In this document: positions 44,681 through 55,091 of the stretch, one piece after another
Numbering within the stretch: the first letter of the stretch is position 1
Layout of the letters: every line of letters begins with the position of its first letter
NCBI GenBank assembly: GCA_037131245.1
Contig: JBAXRK010000008.1
Location: 20,474 to 84,473, forward strand
Length of the DNA stretch: 64,000 nucleotides
Source of the DNA: Candidatus Omnitrophota bacterium
GTDB taxonomy: Bacteria > Omnitrophota > Gorgyraeia > Zapsychrales > Fredricksoniimonadaceae
Reading direction: 5' to 3'
The notes under the pieces: generated by a model
What the model saw: only the letters and a program-made list of their open reading frames with translations
Databases searched by the model: none
Told to the model about the DNA's origin: nothing
Translations under genes and position numbers: made by a program

Positions 44681-47122
44681 TTAAGCCCGCACCTTGAGCA
44701 TATCACCCAGCACATCAAAATGTTTCACCCAGGCCGCCGCCGCGATATCCGACAAGCCCGTACCCAGCACCTGGGCCCGCTTGACCCGGGCGGTCCCCTG
44801 CGCGATCGCATAGTAACTGTTCTGCGCTTTCCAGAAATCCATATCCAGCTGCAATGTCTGCAGCACCCGGACCAGGTCAATAATGCTTTCCAGCAGCGCC
44901 GCGTCCTCCGGATCCCTCTGAAAACGCAACATGAGTTCATTGACTTTGTTCCCGCCGGCATATTCCAGCTGGTCCTTGTTGCGGCTAAGCGGCCAACGCC
45001 GCACCTCCTGCACCATGCGCCGCAATTTATCCAGCGGCACATCCGCCAGCGCCAGCAAGCGGGTGATATCCCGGTTGAGCACGAACTCCACCACGCCGGA
45101 TAATGTTTTCGGCAGCGGCATATGGTTCTCATTGATCATGCGGATCAGGGAATAATGGTCCTCATAAATGCGCCGGAAAGAGGACTCCACCTCGCGCATC
45201 GTGGATTCAAAAATATGGTCCAGGATAGCCTGCTGTTCCTGTTTGAAAAGATGCCACAATGAATAGTTCTTCGCCCCGAAATAGCGGTTGATCACGTGAA
45301 TGGAGCGCGGAATATCCCCGTCGGAGAAGATCTGGGCCACTTCCTGGCGCATTTTATTGAACTGCGCTTCGTCCCGGTAATAATCCACGCCGGTAATGAA
45401 GTTATGGTCCCCCAGGTGCAGGACCACAAAATGAACATCGAACGCGGTCAGGGTAATGCGGGAGATGATCTCGCAATGGCCGGCCACCAGGCTGAGCTTA
45501 CCGACGACCTGCTTGTCATAGACCTTGCGGATGACCTTAAAGCAGTACATCTCGGCCTGCGGCGGGTAATCCTGGTAAAGCGAGCTCATGGCGTAATGGG
45601 CGCCGACGCGCAGGATATCCACGATCGATGGCTCAACATAGATCTTGTAGATCCGCGCCCCGTTATTGGCTTCCGGCATATTGCTCTTTGCCCGGCCGAG
45701 GATCTCGATAAAGCCAAGCTCCAGGTCCTCATCGGTCACCCGGCGGATCAGCTGAATGACCCGGGCCGCGTACTTGATGATCTGGACCGTCTCAATACCG
45801 GAAATATCGTCGAAGAACCAGCCGCAGCTGGTGAACATCAACAGCGCGTTACGCTGGATCTCCAGGCAGCGAAGGATGCGGTTCTTTTCCTTCGGCTCCA
45901 GGCCGGGGCGCAAATGCTCAGTGAAAAACCGATCAATGTTTGACGGCGAACGGTCCAGGATAACCTCAATGAAAGCGTTACGGACTTTCCAGGGGTCGGC
46001 GGCATACCCTGATAATTCACGCTCAAAAACGCCCGTGGCACGATCGCGCAGCCAGTTAAGGGCCTCCCGCAACGGCGCGCGCCACTGCTGGTGCCAGCCC
46101 GGCTTTCCGCCGGAATTGCAACCGCAATCCGCCTTCCAGCGCTCCACGCCATGCATGCAGCTCCACGAGGTGTTCTCGATGATCTCGGCTTCATATTCCG
46201 GCGGGTTGCGTTCCAGGTATTCACCGTAAACCGTGATACCGGCCAGCTTGTTCTTTTCCACATAATGCAAGGCGTACGCCAAAGCCATATCGCCGAACTT
46301 ATGATGATGCCCGTAAGATTCTCCGTCGGTCGCGATATGCACCATCTGCGGCCGGTTCGTCAGGTCGAGCGCGCCCAGGATGCGGTTGGCCAGCGCCTCC
46401 CCGTTATTAAGCAAGCCTTCAAAAGACACCGCCCGGGAGATCGGGCCATCATAAAAAAAGAGCGCGATCGAGCGGCCTGACGGCAAGCGGCAAAGGTAAG
46501 GCCGGCGCAGGTCAATGGCCTTTGTATCGCCCTCGGACCACTCGCGGTCCTCCGAGATCTTTTTGGCGCGCTTGGCCTGGTGCGGCGCCAGCACCGTGAA
46601 CTTGATGCCCTGCTCGGCCATCAGGTCCAGGCTTTCCAGGTCCACCGCTGTTTCGGCCAGCCACATCCCCTCGGGCATCCGCTTGAAACGGGCCTCGAAA
46701 TCCCTGATGCCCCAAATAATCTGGGTCTTTTTATCGGCGGCGTTCGCCAGCGGCATGATCAGGTGGTTGTACACCTGAGCCATCGCCGACCCGTGCCCGG
46801 AAAAACGCGCGCGGCTCTGGCGATCGGCCTCCAGGACCGAACGATAAGCGTCGGGATCCTTCTTCTCCATCCAGGAAAGCAGGGAAGGCCCCATATTAAA
46901 ACTGATCTTGGAATAGGTATTAACGATCTCGGTGATATAGCCGGCCTGGTCCAGGATACGGGAGGCGCCATTGCGGGCATAGCATTCGGCCGAGATGCGC
47001 TCGTTCCAGTCATGATAAGGAAGGGCGGATTCCTGCAGTTCAACTTCCTCCAGCCACGGGTTTTCACGCGGCGGCTGGTAAAAATGTCCGTGAATGCAGA
47101 TAAATTTATTCATCGCGGTCAA
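44681..47122 (-). CDS. GH57-family alpha-glucan enzyme with a DUF3536-like C-terminal region
   Basis: The N-terminal FICIHGHFYQPPRENPW signature is typical of GH57. 813 aa. The start is TTG at 47122 or ATG at 47113. Confidence 0.75.
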   Translation of the reverse strand: MTAMNKFICIHGHFYQPPRENPWLEEVELQESALPYHDWNERISAECYARNGASRILDQAGYITEIVNTYSKISFNMGPSLLSWMEKKDPDAYRSVLEADRQSRARFSGHGSAMAQVYNHLIMPLANAADKKTQIIWGIRDFEARFKRMPEGMWLAETAVDLESLDLMAEQGIKFTVLAPHQAKRAKKISEDREWSEGDTKAIDLRRPYLCRLPSGRSIALFFYDGPISRAVSFEGLLNNGEALANRILGALDLTNRPQMVHIATDGESYGHHHKFGDMALAYALHYVEKNKLAGITVYGEYLERNPPEYEAEIIENTSWSCMHGVERWKADCGCNSGGKPGWHQQWRAPLREALNWLRDRATGVFERELSGYAADPWKVRNAFIEVILDRSPSNIDRFFTEHLRPGLEPKEKNRILRCLEIQRNALLMFTSCGWFFDDISGIETVQIIKYAARVIQLIRRVTDEDLELGFIEILGRAKSNMPEANNGARIYKIYVEPSIVDILRVGAHYAMSSLYQDYPPQAEMYCFKVIRKVYDKQVVGKLSLVAGHCEIISRITLTAFDVHFVVLHLGDHNFITGVDYYRDEAQFNKMRQEVAQIFSDGDIPRSIHVINRYFGAKNYSLWHLFKQEQQAILDHIFESTMREVESSFRRIYEDHYSLIRMINENHMPLPKTLSGVVEFVLNRDITRLLALADVPLDKLRRMVQEVRRWPLSRNKDQLEYAGGNKVNELMLRFQRDPEDAALLESIIDLVRVLQTLQLDMDFWKAQNSYYAIAQGTARVKRAQVLGTGLSDIAAAAWVKHFDVLGDMLKVRA

Positions 47123-48810
47123 AGGCCCTCAACACTCAAGTCACGCGGGTACTCCACGACATAAGAGAGGGTGACTTCCTTTTTTTCCTTCGGTTGCAAG
47201 GTCAGCGTCCATAAATAAACCCCGCCGCGGTCCTGATATTTCTCTGTTTCGGGCTTAAGGCTCGGCTGCACCGCCACCACTTTGATCTTGTCGTCCTGCG
47301 CGACCGGAACCTGGTCGAACAGCTTAAGCGTCACCGCGCGCGGCTTATAATTCTCCACAGTGATCTTGTAGACATAGGTGATCTTGCGGTTCGGTGAAGG
47401 AATATTCGCGATCAGGGTGTCGTCGCTCTTTTCGGAAACAAGCTCGCGCTTGACCGTCAGCCCTTCGTCTATCCCCAGATAAAGGTCAAAAGCCTCACCC
47501 GGCGCCACGGTTTTTGAGATGTCGGAATTTCCCACATACGTTCCATCAAGGAAAATATTGACCCGCCCGGCCAATAGCTGCGTATCGGGTGCGTTCGTGA
47601 CCCGGGACTTCAGGTAAGCGTAATTTGATAACTTGGGTGTGGTCGTGTATTCAAAAGCCGTTTCCAGCGTCTGCACGGTCAGGGGCACGCGGACCTCGCT
47701 GCCGTCAGACTTGATCGTGACCGGACGGGCCGCTTTGTAAACCAACGACACGCCGGAACTTTCCGCCTGCGCGTACGAAAACTCGGCGTCTTTCTTTTTA
47801 TCAGCCAACGCGGGAGCAGCCATATCCGACATGCTCTCGGCCATCATCGCTTTTTGATTCATCCCGCCGCCCAGGGCACCGAACACCCCGCCAGAGCGCG
47901 CATTACTGTAATGGTGCACAACCAAGGGCCGCAAATACCACGGCGAAAGTTCAGGCATCCGCCCGCCGACCGCCGGTTTGGCTGTGGACAAGGTGAGCGC
48001 AACATCCGTCCAGTCCTCACCCGTCGTCTGACGGACAACCGCGAAAGCGCTCAAGGCCGCTTTGCCTTTCTCAAATTCCACGCGGGCGTCATAGAGAGGA
48101 TACCAACCGACCTGCGGCACGGTATACGACAGTTCGATCGTGAGATCTCCGGCTTTCTCGCACTCAAGGTCGACCGCCAGCAAGCGCTCTTCGCGCCCGC
48201 CCATCGAGGAACGAACCTGAGCCAACTCATTGGCCAATACCTGCCGCTCATTATTCTTGTCGCGTAATTTAATCATCAGCGCCTGGGCGCCGTCTTCATG
48301 GGCCTTAAGGCCGTCATCAAGGAACGCCATGGTAGCTTTAAGTTCCTCCGCCGACGGAACTTTCGTCACCAGGTCTTTGGGCAGCTGATTGCCGTTAAAA
48401 AGGCGCACGGAGTCCAGAAAGGCTTTTTTCTGGTCGAGGACATTGCCCTCGCCTTTCATGGCCGCCAGCGCGTCATCGATAGCCTGGATCTTCGCTTCAA
48501 GTTCGCGAACGCGGTCATCGGAAGCCTCCTTGAGGTATTCCGTTTTAAGGCCCGCGCCCAGGATCTTTACCGAGGCCGACCCCTTGCCGGAAACCGACAG
48601 GGAATTTTCATCGAAAGACGGCACCACGCCGGTAAACCGCACGGTCTGCAGCCCTTCCTTCAGGCTGACCTTGGCCACGCGCGTGACGCGGGCCGATGAC
48701 GGATACACCACCGCCTGGCTGATCGCTGAAACGGTATCAACCTTGTCTGCCGACGCAAAACCCGCGAAAAAGACCACTGCTGCCAGGACTATCAAGCCGC
48801 GTTTTTTCAT
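47119..48810 (-). CDS. secreted DUF4140/DUF4139 (MuiA-like) protein
   Basis: Signal peptide. N-terminal pattern AVVYPSSARVTRVAKVSLKEGLQTVRFTGVVPSFDENSLSVSG, a central coiled coil and a C-terminal beta-rich region. Confidence 0.6.
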   Translation of the reverse strand: MKKRGLIVLAAVVFFAGFASADKVDTVSAISQAVVYPSSARVTRVAKVSLKEGLQTVRFTGVVPSFDENSLSVSGKGSASVKILGAGLKTEYLKEASDDRVRELEAKIQAIDDALAAMKGEGNVLDQKKAFLDSVRLFNGNQLPKDLVTKVPSAEELKATMAFLDDGLKAHEDGAQALMIKLRDKNNERQVLANELAQVRSSMGGREERLLAVDLECEKAGDLTIELSYTVPQVGWYPLYDARVEFEKGKAALSAFAVVRQTTGEDWTDVALTLSTAKPAVGGRMPELSPWYLRPLVVHHYSNARSGGVFGALGGGMNQKAMMAESMSDMAAPALADKKKDAEFSYAQAESSGVSLVYKAARPVTIKSDGSEVRVPLTVQTLETAFEYTTTPKLSNYAYLKSRVTNAPDTQLLAGRVNIFLDGTYVGNSDISKTVAPGEAFDLYLGIDEGLTVKRELVSEKSDDTLIANIPSPNRKITYVYKITVENYKPRAVTLKLFDQVPVAQDDKIKVVAVQPSLKPETEKYQDRGGVYLWTLTLQPKEKKEVTLSYVVEYPRDLSVEGL

Positions 48811-48813
48811 TGT

Positions 48814-50745
48814 CTACCTCATTCTTTTAAAATACACCACGCTGAGCGCCGGCAGGGTCACATTGATCGAATGCTCCCGGCCGTGAGCGCCCCAGCGCTC
48901 CGCCCAGGTCCCGCCATAATTACCCTTATTGCCGCCCCAGTAAATATCCGAATCCGAATTAAGGATCTCTTTCCAATACCCTTCGCGCGGCACCCCCACG
49001 CGATAGTTCTCGCGCATGACCGGAGTAAAGTTACAACACACCAAAATGGTATCGTCCGGGTCATACCCCTTGCGCAGGAAAAACAGCGTGCCGCCTTCCC
49101 AATCCCCGCAATCGATCCATTCGAACCCCGTATAATTAAAATCATCCTGGTACAAGGCCGGCTCGCGGCGATACGTCGCGTTAAGGTCCTGCATCCAGCG
49201 TGACACGCCCTGATGGCGGTCCAGCAAATGCCAGTCCAGGCTCGTCTGATAATTCCACTCGTCCCATTGGCCGATCTCGCCGCCCATAAAATGCAGCTTC
49301 TTCCCCGGCTGGCTGTACATATAACCGAACAACAAGCGCAGGTTGGCGAACTTCTGCCAGTCATCGCCGGGCATTTTATTAAGCAGCGCCCCCTTGCCGT
49401 GCACGACCTCATCGTGCGACAGCGACATCATGAAATTCTCGGTGAACGCGTACAAAAGGCCAAAGGTCAGCTGATTATGATGGTACTTGCGGTAAACGGG
49501 GTCCTTGGAAAAATAGACCAGCGTGTCGTGCATCCAGCCCATGTTCCATTTAAGGCCGAAACCCAGGCCACCGTCGAAGACCGGCTTGGAGACTTTGGTC
49601 CAAGCGGTGGACTCTTCCGCGGTCATCTGAATATCCGGATGCGCCGCGTACACCGCTTCATTCATGCGCTTGATAAAATCGATCGCCTCGAGGTTCTCCC
49701 GCCCGCCGAAACAGTTCGGGATCCACTCGCCTTCCTTGCGCGAATAGTCCAGGTACAGCATTGAGGCCACCCCGTCGACACGTAACCCGTCGGCGTGATA
49801 GTGCTTGAGCCAGAACAAAGCGCTGGAGATAAGGTAATTGCGCACCTCGACCCGCCCGTAATTAAAGATGGAGCTCTTCCAGTCCGGGTGGAACCCTTTG
49901 CGCATGTCCTCATGCTCATAGAGCGATGTGCCGTCAAACTGATACAGCCCGTGGCCGTCATTGGGAAAATGCGACGGGACCCAGTCAATGAAAACACCAA
50001 TGTCGTTCTGGTGCATTTTATCGATCAGGAACATCAGGTCCTGCGGATCGCCGAAGAATGATGCCGGCGCGAAAAAGCCGATGGTCTGATAACCCCACGA
50101 CCCCTGGAACGGATGGGCCAGCACCGGCATGAACTCCACGTGCGTGTAGCCCATCTTCTTCACGTAAGCCACCAACTTGTCGGCCAACTCAACGTAGGTC
50201 AGGGAGCGGTTGCCCTCTTCCGGCACGCGCATCCAGGAGCCCAAATGGACTTCATAGACGGCGATCGGCTGGTTCAAGGCATTGTTCACCTTGCGTTTCT
50301 GCATCCACTCTTTATCTTTCCACTGATAGGCCAGGTCCCACACGATGCTCGCCGATTTCGGCGGCACTTCAGAATGGAACCCCATGGGATCGGATTTCTC
50401 CAGTTCCCAGCCCTGCCGGGTACGGATATAATATTTATAATGCTGCCCGTGGCCGATGTTCGCCACAAAACATTCCCAAACGCCGGACCCGTCGCCGCGG
50501 CATATCATCGGCGTCGCCTGCCGGTTCCAGCCATTGAAATCCCCGATAACCGACACCACTTCCGCGTTCGGCGCCCAGACCGCGAACCACACGCCTTTCT
50601 TCCCGTCGCGCGTCACAAGGTGCGCGCCCAGTTTATCGTAAAGGTTAAAGTGATTCCCTTCGCGGATCAAATGCACGTCAAAATCGGAAAGATAGCAGGT
50701 TTCCGGCTTTTGAGCCGGGCCGGATGTTGTTGCAGCAATAGGCAT
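48814..50745 (-). CDS. glgB: 1,4-alpha-glucan branching enzyme
   Basis: GH13 branching-enzyme motifs (DWVPSHF, GLRVDGVASMLY, EESTAW, SHDEVVHGK). Confidence 0.9.
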   Translation of the reverse strand: MPIAATTSGPAQKPETCYLSDFDVHLIREGNHFNLYDKLGAHLVTRDGKKGVWFAVWAPNAEVVSVIGDFNGWNRQATPMICRGDGSGVWECFVANIGHGQHYKYYIRTRQGWELEKSDPMGFHSEVPPKSASIVWDLAYQWKDKEWMQKRKVNNALNQPIAVYEVHLGSWMRVPEEGNRSLTYVELADKLVAYVKKMGYTHVEFMPVLAHPFQGSWGYQTIGFFAPASFFGDPQDLMFLIDKMHQNDIGVFIDWVPSHFPNDGHGLYQFDGTSLYEHEDMRKGFHPDWKSSIFNYGRVEVRNYLISSALFWLKHYHADGLRVDGVASMLYLDYSRKEGEWIPNCFGGRENLEAIDFIKRMNEAVYAAHPDIQMTAEESTAWTKVSKPVFDGGLGFGLKWNMGWMHDTLVYFSKDPVYRKYHHNQLTFGLLYAFTENFMMSLSHDEVVHGKGALLNKMPGDDWQKFANLRLLFGYMYSQPGKKLHFMGGEIGQWDEWNYQTSLDWHLLDRHQGVSRWMQDLNATYRREPALYQDDFNYTGFEWIDCGDWEGGTLFFLRKGYDPDDTILVCCNFTPVMRENYRVGVPREGYWKEILNSDSDIYWGGNKGNYGGTWAERWGAHGREHSINVTLPALSVVYFKRMR

Positions 50746-50784
50746 GACGGTTCTCCCGTAAGACAGTTATGTCCTCTATATGAA

Positions 50785-50817
50785 CACGAAACGCTGCCGA
50801 ACGGCAGGTCCTTCGTG
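50785..50817 (-). promoter_or_regulatory. stem-loop in the DUF2934-glgB intergenic gap
   Basis: Minus-sense CACGAA-GGAC-CTGCC-GTTC-GGCAG-CGT-TTCGTG, two stacked helices with a GTTC tetraloop and no clear U-tract. Confidence 0.3.
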
Positions 50818-50825
50818 ATAAAAGA

Positions 50826-51071
50826 TTACAGGCCCAACTCTTTTTTAACCAGCTCTTCAGCCTTGTACCAGTCCTTGAGCGAATCACCCGCCGAGCAACC
50901 GCGCTTGATATAAAGCTCATAGGCCTTTTCCCTGGTCAGGTTAAAAAGCTGGTCATCGCTGACCGCTTTCTTCACGACCGCGGCTTTAACCTCGACAGGT
51001 TTGCTCATTTCCCTTACCGCTGAAACAGCGGAAACGGCCTTCGCGGCCGGAGTTGATTTTTTTACTGCCAT
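50826..51071 (-). CDS. DUF2934-like small protein
   Basis: The C-terminal TREKAYELYIKRGCSAGDSLKDWYKAEELV matches the DUF2934 pattern (AY.l...RG...G....DW..AE). Confidence 0.6.
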   Translation of the reverse strand: MAVKKSTPAAKAVSAVSAVREMSKPVEVKAAVVKKAVSDDQLFNLTREKAYELYIKRGCSAGDSLKDWYKAEELVKKELGL

Positions 51072-51098
51072 AAAACCCTCTTTCTTTTTTCGGTTAAC

Positions 51099-53537
51099 TT
51101 ATACTTTCCAGATATCCCGGGCATATTCCCGGATGGTCCGGTCGCTGGAAAACGGGCCGGATTTAGCCACATTGATAATAGACTTTTTCGTCCACTCATC
51201 CTGATCCTGATACAAGGCTGAAACCTCGCCCTGCGCTTTACAGTAAGCCTCAAAATCGGCGCAAAGCATGTAATAATCGCCGTGGTAAATAGTGTCTATT
51301 AACGGCGCGAACAACCCCTTCTGCCCCTTCGAGAACAAATCGCCCTCGAGAGCGCGGAACACGTCACGCAGCGCGGGGGAATGCTTGATGAACTCGCGCG
51401 GGTCATAACCGCCCTTGCGCAACACCTGCACTTCATGGGCCTGAAGGCCGAAGATGAAAATATCTTTCCCCCCCAGGCTCTGGGACATCTCGATATTCGC
51501 CCCGTCATAAGTGCCGATGGTCAGCGCCCCGTTAAGCATGAACTTCATGTTACCGGTCCCCGACGCCTCCATGCCGGCGGTCGAGATCTGCTCGGAAAGG
51601 TCCGCCGCGGGAATGATCTTCTCCGCGAGTGAAACACGGTAATTCTCCAGGAAGACCAGGCGCAATTTACCGCGCACGGCCTTATCCTGTTCAATGACCT
51701 CCGCCACGTTATTGATGAACCGGATGATCAGCTTGGCCAGAAAATATCCCGGAGCGGCCTTGCCGCCGATAATAAAAGTCCGCGGCTGCAGGAAGTCGAA
51801 CGGCGCGGCCTGGACCTTAAGATACTGCGAAATAATATAAAGCGTAAAAAGGAACTGGCGTTTGTACTCATGGATACGCTTGACCTGAACGTCAAAAAGC
51901 GAATTCGGGTCGACGGGAACATCGTTCGTGCGGGCAATGATCTCGGCCAGCGCGTTCTTGTTGGCCTGCTTGATGGCGCGCCACCGGCGGCGGAACTCCT
52001 TGTCTTCCTTATGCGCCTCCAGCCCCCTGAGCAGATCGAGGTCGGTCACCCATTTGTCGCCGATCGTTTCCGTGATCAAGTCGGCCAGCCGGGGATTGGC
52101 TTTCAGCAGCCAGCGGCGCGGCGTAATGCCGTTGGTCTTGTTGTTGAACCGCTCCGGGTACATCTCAAAGAAATCCTTGAACAGCGCGCTCTCCAGCAAC
52201 TGCGAATGCAGGGCCGATACCCCGTTGATCGAGAAACTGCCGACGATCGCCAGATACGCCATCCGGGCTTTCTTGGGCGAGCCCTCCTCAATGATCGACA
52301 TCCTGCGCAGGCGCTCGGAATCGCCGGGGAATTTCCGGGCCACGTCATCGAGGAAACGGCGGTTGATCTCGTAAATGATATCCAGGTGCCGCGGCAGGAC
52401 CAGCCCCAGCAGGTCCACCGTCCAGCATTCGAGGGCTTCCGGCATCAGGGTATGATTCGTGTAAGCAAAAGTCTTTTCGGTCACTTTCCAGGCCTCTTCC
52501 CAGGTGAGGCTTTCCTGGTCCATGAGGACCCGCAACAGCTCGACCACCGCCAGCGTCGGATGGGTATCATTAAGCTGGATACACACCTTCTCATGCAGGA
52601 GGCGGATATCGTTCTTGTCCCCTTTATGCCGGCGGATAATATCGGCGATAGAGGCGGCCGTAAAGAAATATTCCTGCTTGAGCCGCAGCTCCTTGCCCTG
52701 GCTCACATTGTCATTGGGATAAAGGACCTTGGAAATGCTTTCCGACTGGATCTTTTTCTGGACCGCTTTTTCGTAATCGCCGTGATTAAAAAGATCGAAT
52801 TCAAATTCGTCCGTCGCGCGGGCCGACCATAAGCGCAGGGTATTGACCACGTCATTCTTGTAACCGGGGATCGGCGTATCGTAAGGCACCGCCATGACCG
52901 CTTCAGCCTCAACCCACGGGGAGGTGAATTGCGCGCTTTTGTCAACGCGCCCGTAAAGCTGGACCTTTACCGTGTATTCGGGGCGCGGGATCTCCCAGGG
53001 ATTACCGTTGCGCATCCACTCGTCGGGAATTTCGATCTGCTGGCCATCACGGATCTTTTGATTGAAAATACCATAATCATAACGAATGCCGTAGCCGCAG
53101 CCGGCAATACCCAGCGTCGCCATCGAGTCCAGAAAACAGGCCGCCAGCCGCCCCAACCCGCCATTGCCCAAGCCGGCATCCATTTCCTGGGCGCGCACAT
53201 CATCGAGATTTATATCCAGCTCACGCAGGGCCGCTTCAATATCCTTTTCCTTGCCAAGATTGAACATGTAATTGCCCAGCAGGCGGCCGATCAAAAATTC
53301 CATGGAAAGATAATAAACACGGCGGGTATTGTCTTCGTGGTAACGGCTCTGGGTCCTCATCCAGCGCTCCACGATGCGATGGCGGATGGTGAGGGCTAAA
53401 GCATGAAAATTATCCAAAGACGTTGCGGTCCTTTGGTTCTTGGCCAGGTAATGCGCGCGGATATCCTGCAGGGAGGCCTTAATATCCTCTTTACTCATGT
53501 CCATCTTGACATCGTACTTGTCAGCAGGTCGCGGCAT
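51099..53537 (-). CDS. glgP: glycogen/alpha-glucan phosphorylase
   Basis: 812 aa. The PLP-site region EASGTGNMKFMLNGALTIGTYDGANIE is typical of GT35 phosphorylases. Confidence 0.9.
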   Translation of the reverse strand: MPRPADKYDVKMDMSKEDIKASLQDIRAHYLAKNQRTATSLDNFHALALTIRHRIVERWMRTQSRYHEDNTRRVYYLSMEFLIGRLLGNYMFNLGKEKDIEAALRELDINLDDVRAQEMDAGLGNGGLGRLAACFLDSMATLGIAGCGYGIRYDYGIFNQKIRDGQQIEIPDEWMRNGNPWEIPRPEYTVKVQLYGRVDKSAQFTSPWVEAEAVMAVPYDTPIPGYKNDVVNTLRLWSARATDEFEFDLFNHGDYEKAVQKKIQSESISKVLYPNDNVSQGKELRLKQEYFFTAASIADIIRRHKGDKNDIRLLHEKVCIQLNDTHPTLAVVELLRVLMDQESLTWEEAWKVTEKTFAYTNHTLMPEALECWTVDLLGLVLPRHLDIIYEINRRFLDDVARKFPGDSERLRRMSIIEEGSPKKARMAYLAIVGSFSINGVSALHSQLLESALFKDFFEMYPERFNNKTNGITPRRWLLKANPRLADLITETIGDKWVTDLDLLRGLEAHKEDKEFRRRWRAIKQANKNALAEIIARTNDVPVDPNSLFDVQVKRIHEYKRQFLFTLYIISQYLKVQAAPFDFLQPRTFIIGGKAAPGYFLAKLIIRFINNVAEVIEQDKAVRGKLRLVFLENYRVSLAEKIIPAADLSEQISTAGMEASGTGNMKFMLNGALTIGTYDGANIEMSQSLGGKDIFIFGLQAHEVQVLRKGGYDPREFIKHSPALRDVFRALEGDLFSKGQKGLFAPLIDTIYHGDYYMLCADFEAYCKAQGEVSALYQDQDEWTKKSIINVAKSGPFSSDRTIREYARDIWKV

Positions 53538-53605
53538 ACGGTCCCTCTGGTGTTTTTGTCAATAAACCATTGTAGAAAAAGAACTTACATCTTTTTATCG
53601 TTCAA

Positions 53606-55075
53606 TTATACGCAGTCTGCCGCCGGCGTCAAGCGGAAAAACCGGCACCACCAGGACTGGGTGCTCACATACCCGAATCCAAAAGCAAAGAGCATCATGA
53701 TAAAAGCATTGCCTTTGCAATGATGATGAAAAGCGTACATCGCGCTCAGGCAAAAATAAATGGTCAACAGCATCTCGAACCCGATAAAAGCCGCCGCTTT
53801 CAGTGAAAAAGCTTCCTTGCGAACCACGGCCTTGGTTCGAACGCCGGTCTTCGGGGTCCGCACGAACACGGCCTGATTCCCGCCAAGGCCCTTAAAGGCC
53901 GCCACCGATAAATGCGCCGATAGCCCCATCGGCACCACCACCGCCGCGCACACTTCCGGCAGATGCTTCCAAGCGCCGCGCCCGTAACGGACAAACTGGC
54001 CAAAAGAATGATAAAGGAACGCCACCGAACTTAAAGACAGAAAAACACAAAGGTCCCAGACTGTTTGCTGGCCGGTAGCAAACAAGCGCCAGAAAATGGA
54101 CGGCAGAACGAACATCGCGGCAAAAAGGCCGAGCGGGTAAACAATATTATTTGTCAGATGAAGAAAACATTCCAGCTTGACCTTAAGCGGCAGATGGCTG
54201 CCCAACACCGGCAGTAAAAGCTTGCGCGCCACCTGCACCGTACCGCGCGTCCAGCGTTCCTGCTGTTTCTTGAACGTCGGCATATCGGCCGGCAGTTCCG
54301 CGTCGGCCAGGACCCGGTCGACATAAACAAATTTCCAGCCTTTCATCTGGGCGCGATAACTCAGGTCGAGGTCTTCCGCCAGCGTGTCCCCTTGCCAGCC
54401 GCCGGCATCAGCGATCGTATCCCGGCGCCAGAGGCCGCACGTCCCGTTGAAATTAAAAAATCTTCCCGAACACGCGCGCGCGCGCTGATCGACCGCGAAA
54501 TGGCTGATGGTCAGCACTTCCTGCAAGCGCGTCAAAAGAGACGCCCGGCAATTAAGGTGCGCCCAGGTCGCCTGCACCACGCCAACGTCCGCTTCACAAA
54601 AATACGGGATCAGAGTTTTAAGGAACTCCGGGCGTGGCAGAAAATCCGCGTCGAAAACCGCCACGAATTCACCCTTGGCGGTCCGCAAGCCTTCCTGCAA
54701 AGCGCCGGCCTTGAACCCGCTGCGGTCCGTCCGGTGAAGATGCGCCACCTGATACCCCCGGCCGCGCGCTTCCTCAGCCAATGCGGCGGCGATAGCCGAC
54801 GTCTCATCCGTTGAATCATCCAGCAATTGAAATTCGATGCGCTCCTTTGGATAATCCAAAGCCAGGGCCCCGGCAACCAGGCGGGAAACAACCGCCGGTT
54901 CATTAAAAAACGGCAATTGGACCGTCACCAGCGGCCATTCATCCGGCCGAACCGCCGCGTTCTCCCGGCGGAAATGCCTGATCCACAAGAAAATTAGCCC
55001 GTAACGATGCAGCGCATACACCGTTAATAACATCATGAGCGCCGTATAAACCGGCCAGAATAACCACATAATCAA
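53606..55075 (-). CDS. membrane-integrated processive family 2 glycosyltransferase (cellulose-synthase-like)
   Basis: Motifs LLDDSTD, VFDADF, and QERWTRG (the QxxRW type), flanked by transmembrane helices. Confidence 0.75.
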   Translation of the reverse strand: MIMWLFWPVYTALMMLLTVYALHRYGLIFLWIRHFRRENAAVRPDEWPLVTVQLPFFNEPAVVSRLVAGALALDYPKERIEFQLLDDSTDETSAIAAALAEEARGRGYQVAHLHRTDRSGFKAGALQEGLRTAKGEFVAVFDADFLPRPEFLKTLIPYFCEADVGVVQATWAHLNCRASLLTRLQEVLTISHFAVDQRARACSGRFFNFNGTCGLWRRDTIADAGGWQGDTLAEDLDLSYRAQMKGWKFVYVDRVLADAELPADMPTFKKQQERWTRGTVQVARKLLLPVLGSHLPLKVKLECFLHLTNNIVYPLGLFAAMFVLPSIFWRLFATGQQTVWDLCVFLSLSSVAFLYHSFGQFVRYGRGAWKHLPEVCAAVVVPMGLSAHLSVAAFKGLGGNQAVFVRTPKTGVRTKAVVRKEAFSLKAAAFIGFEMLLTIYFCLSAMYAFHHHCKGNAFIMMLFAFGFGYVSTQSWWCRFFRLTPAADCV

Positions 55076-55091
55076 TTCACTTTCTTATCAT

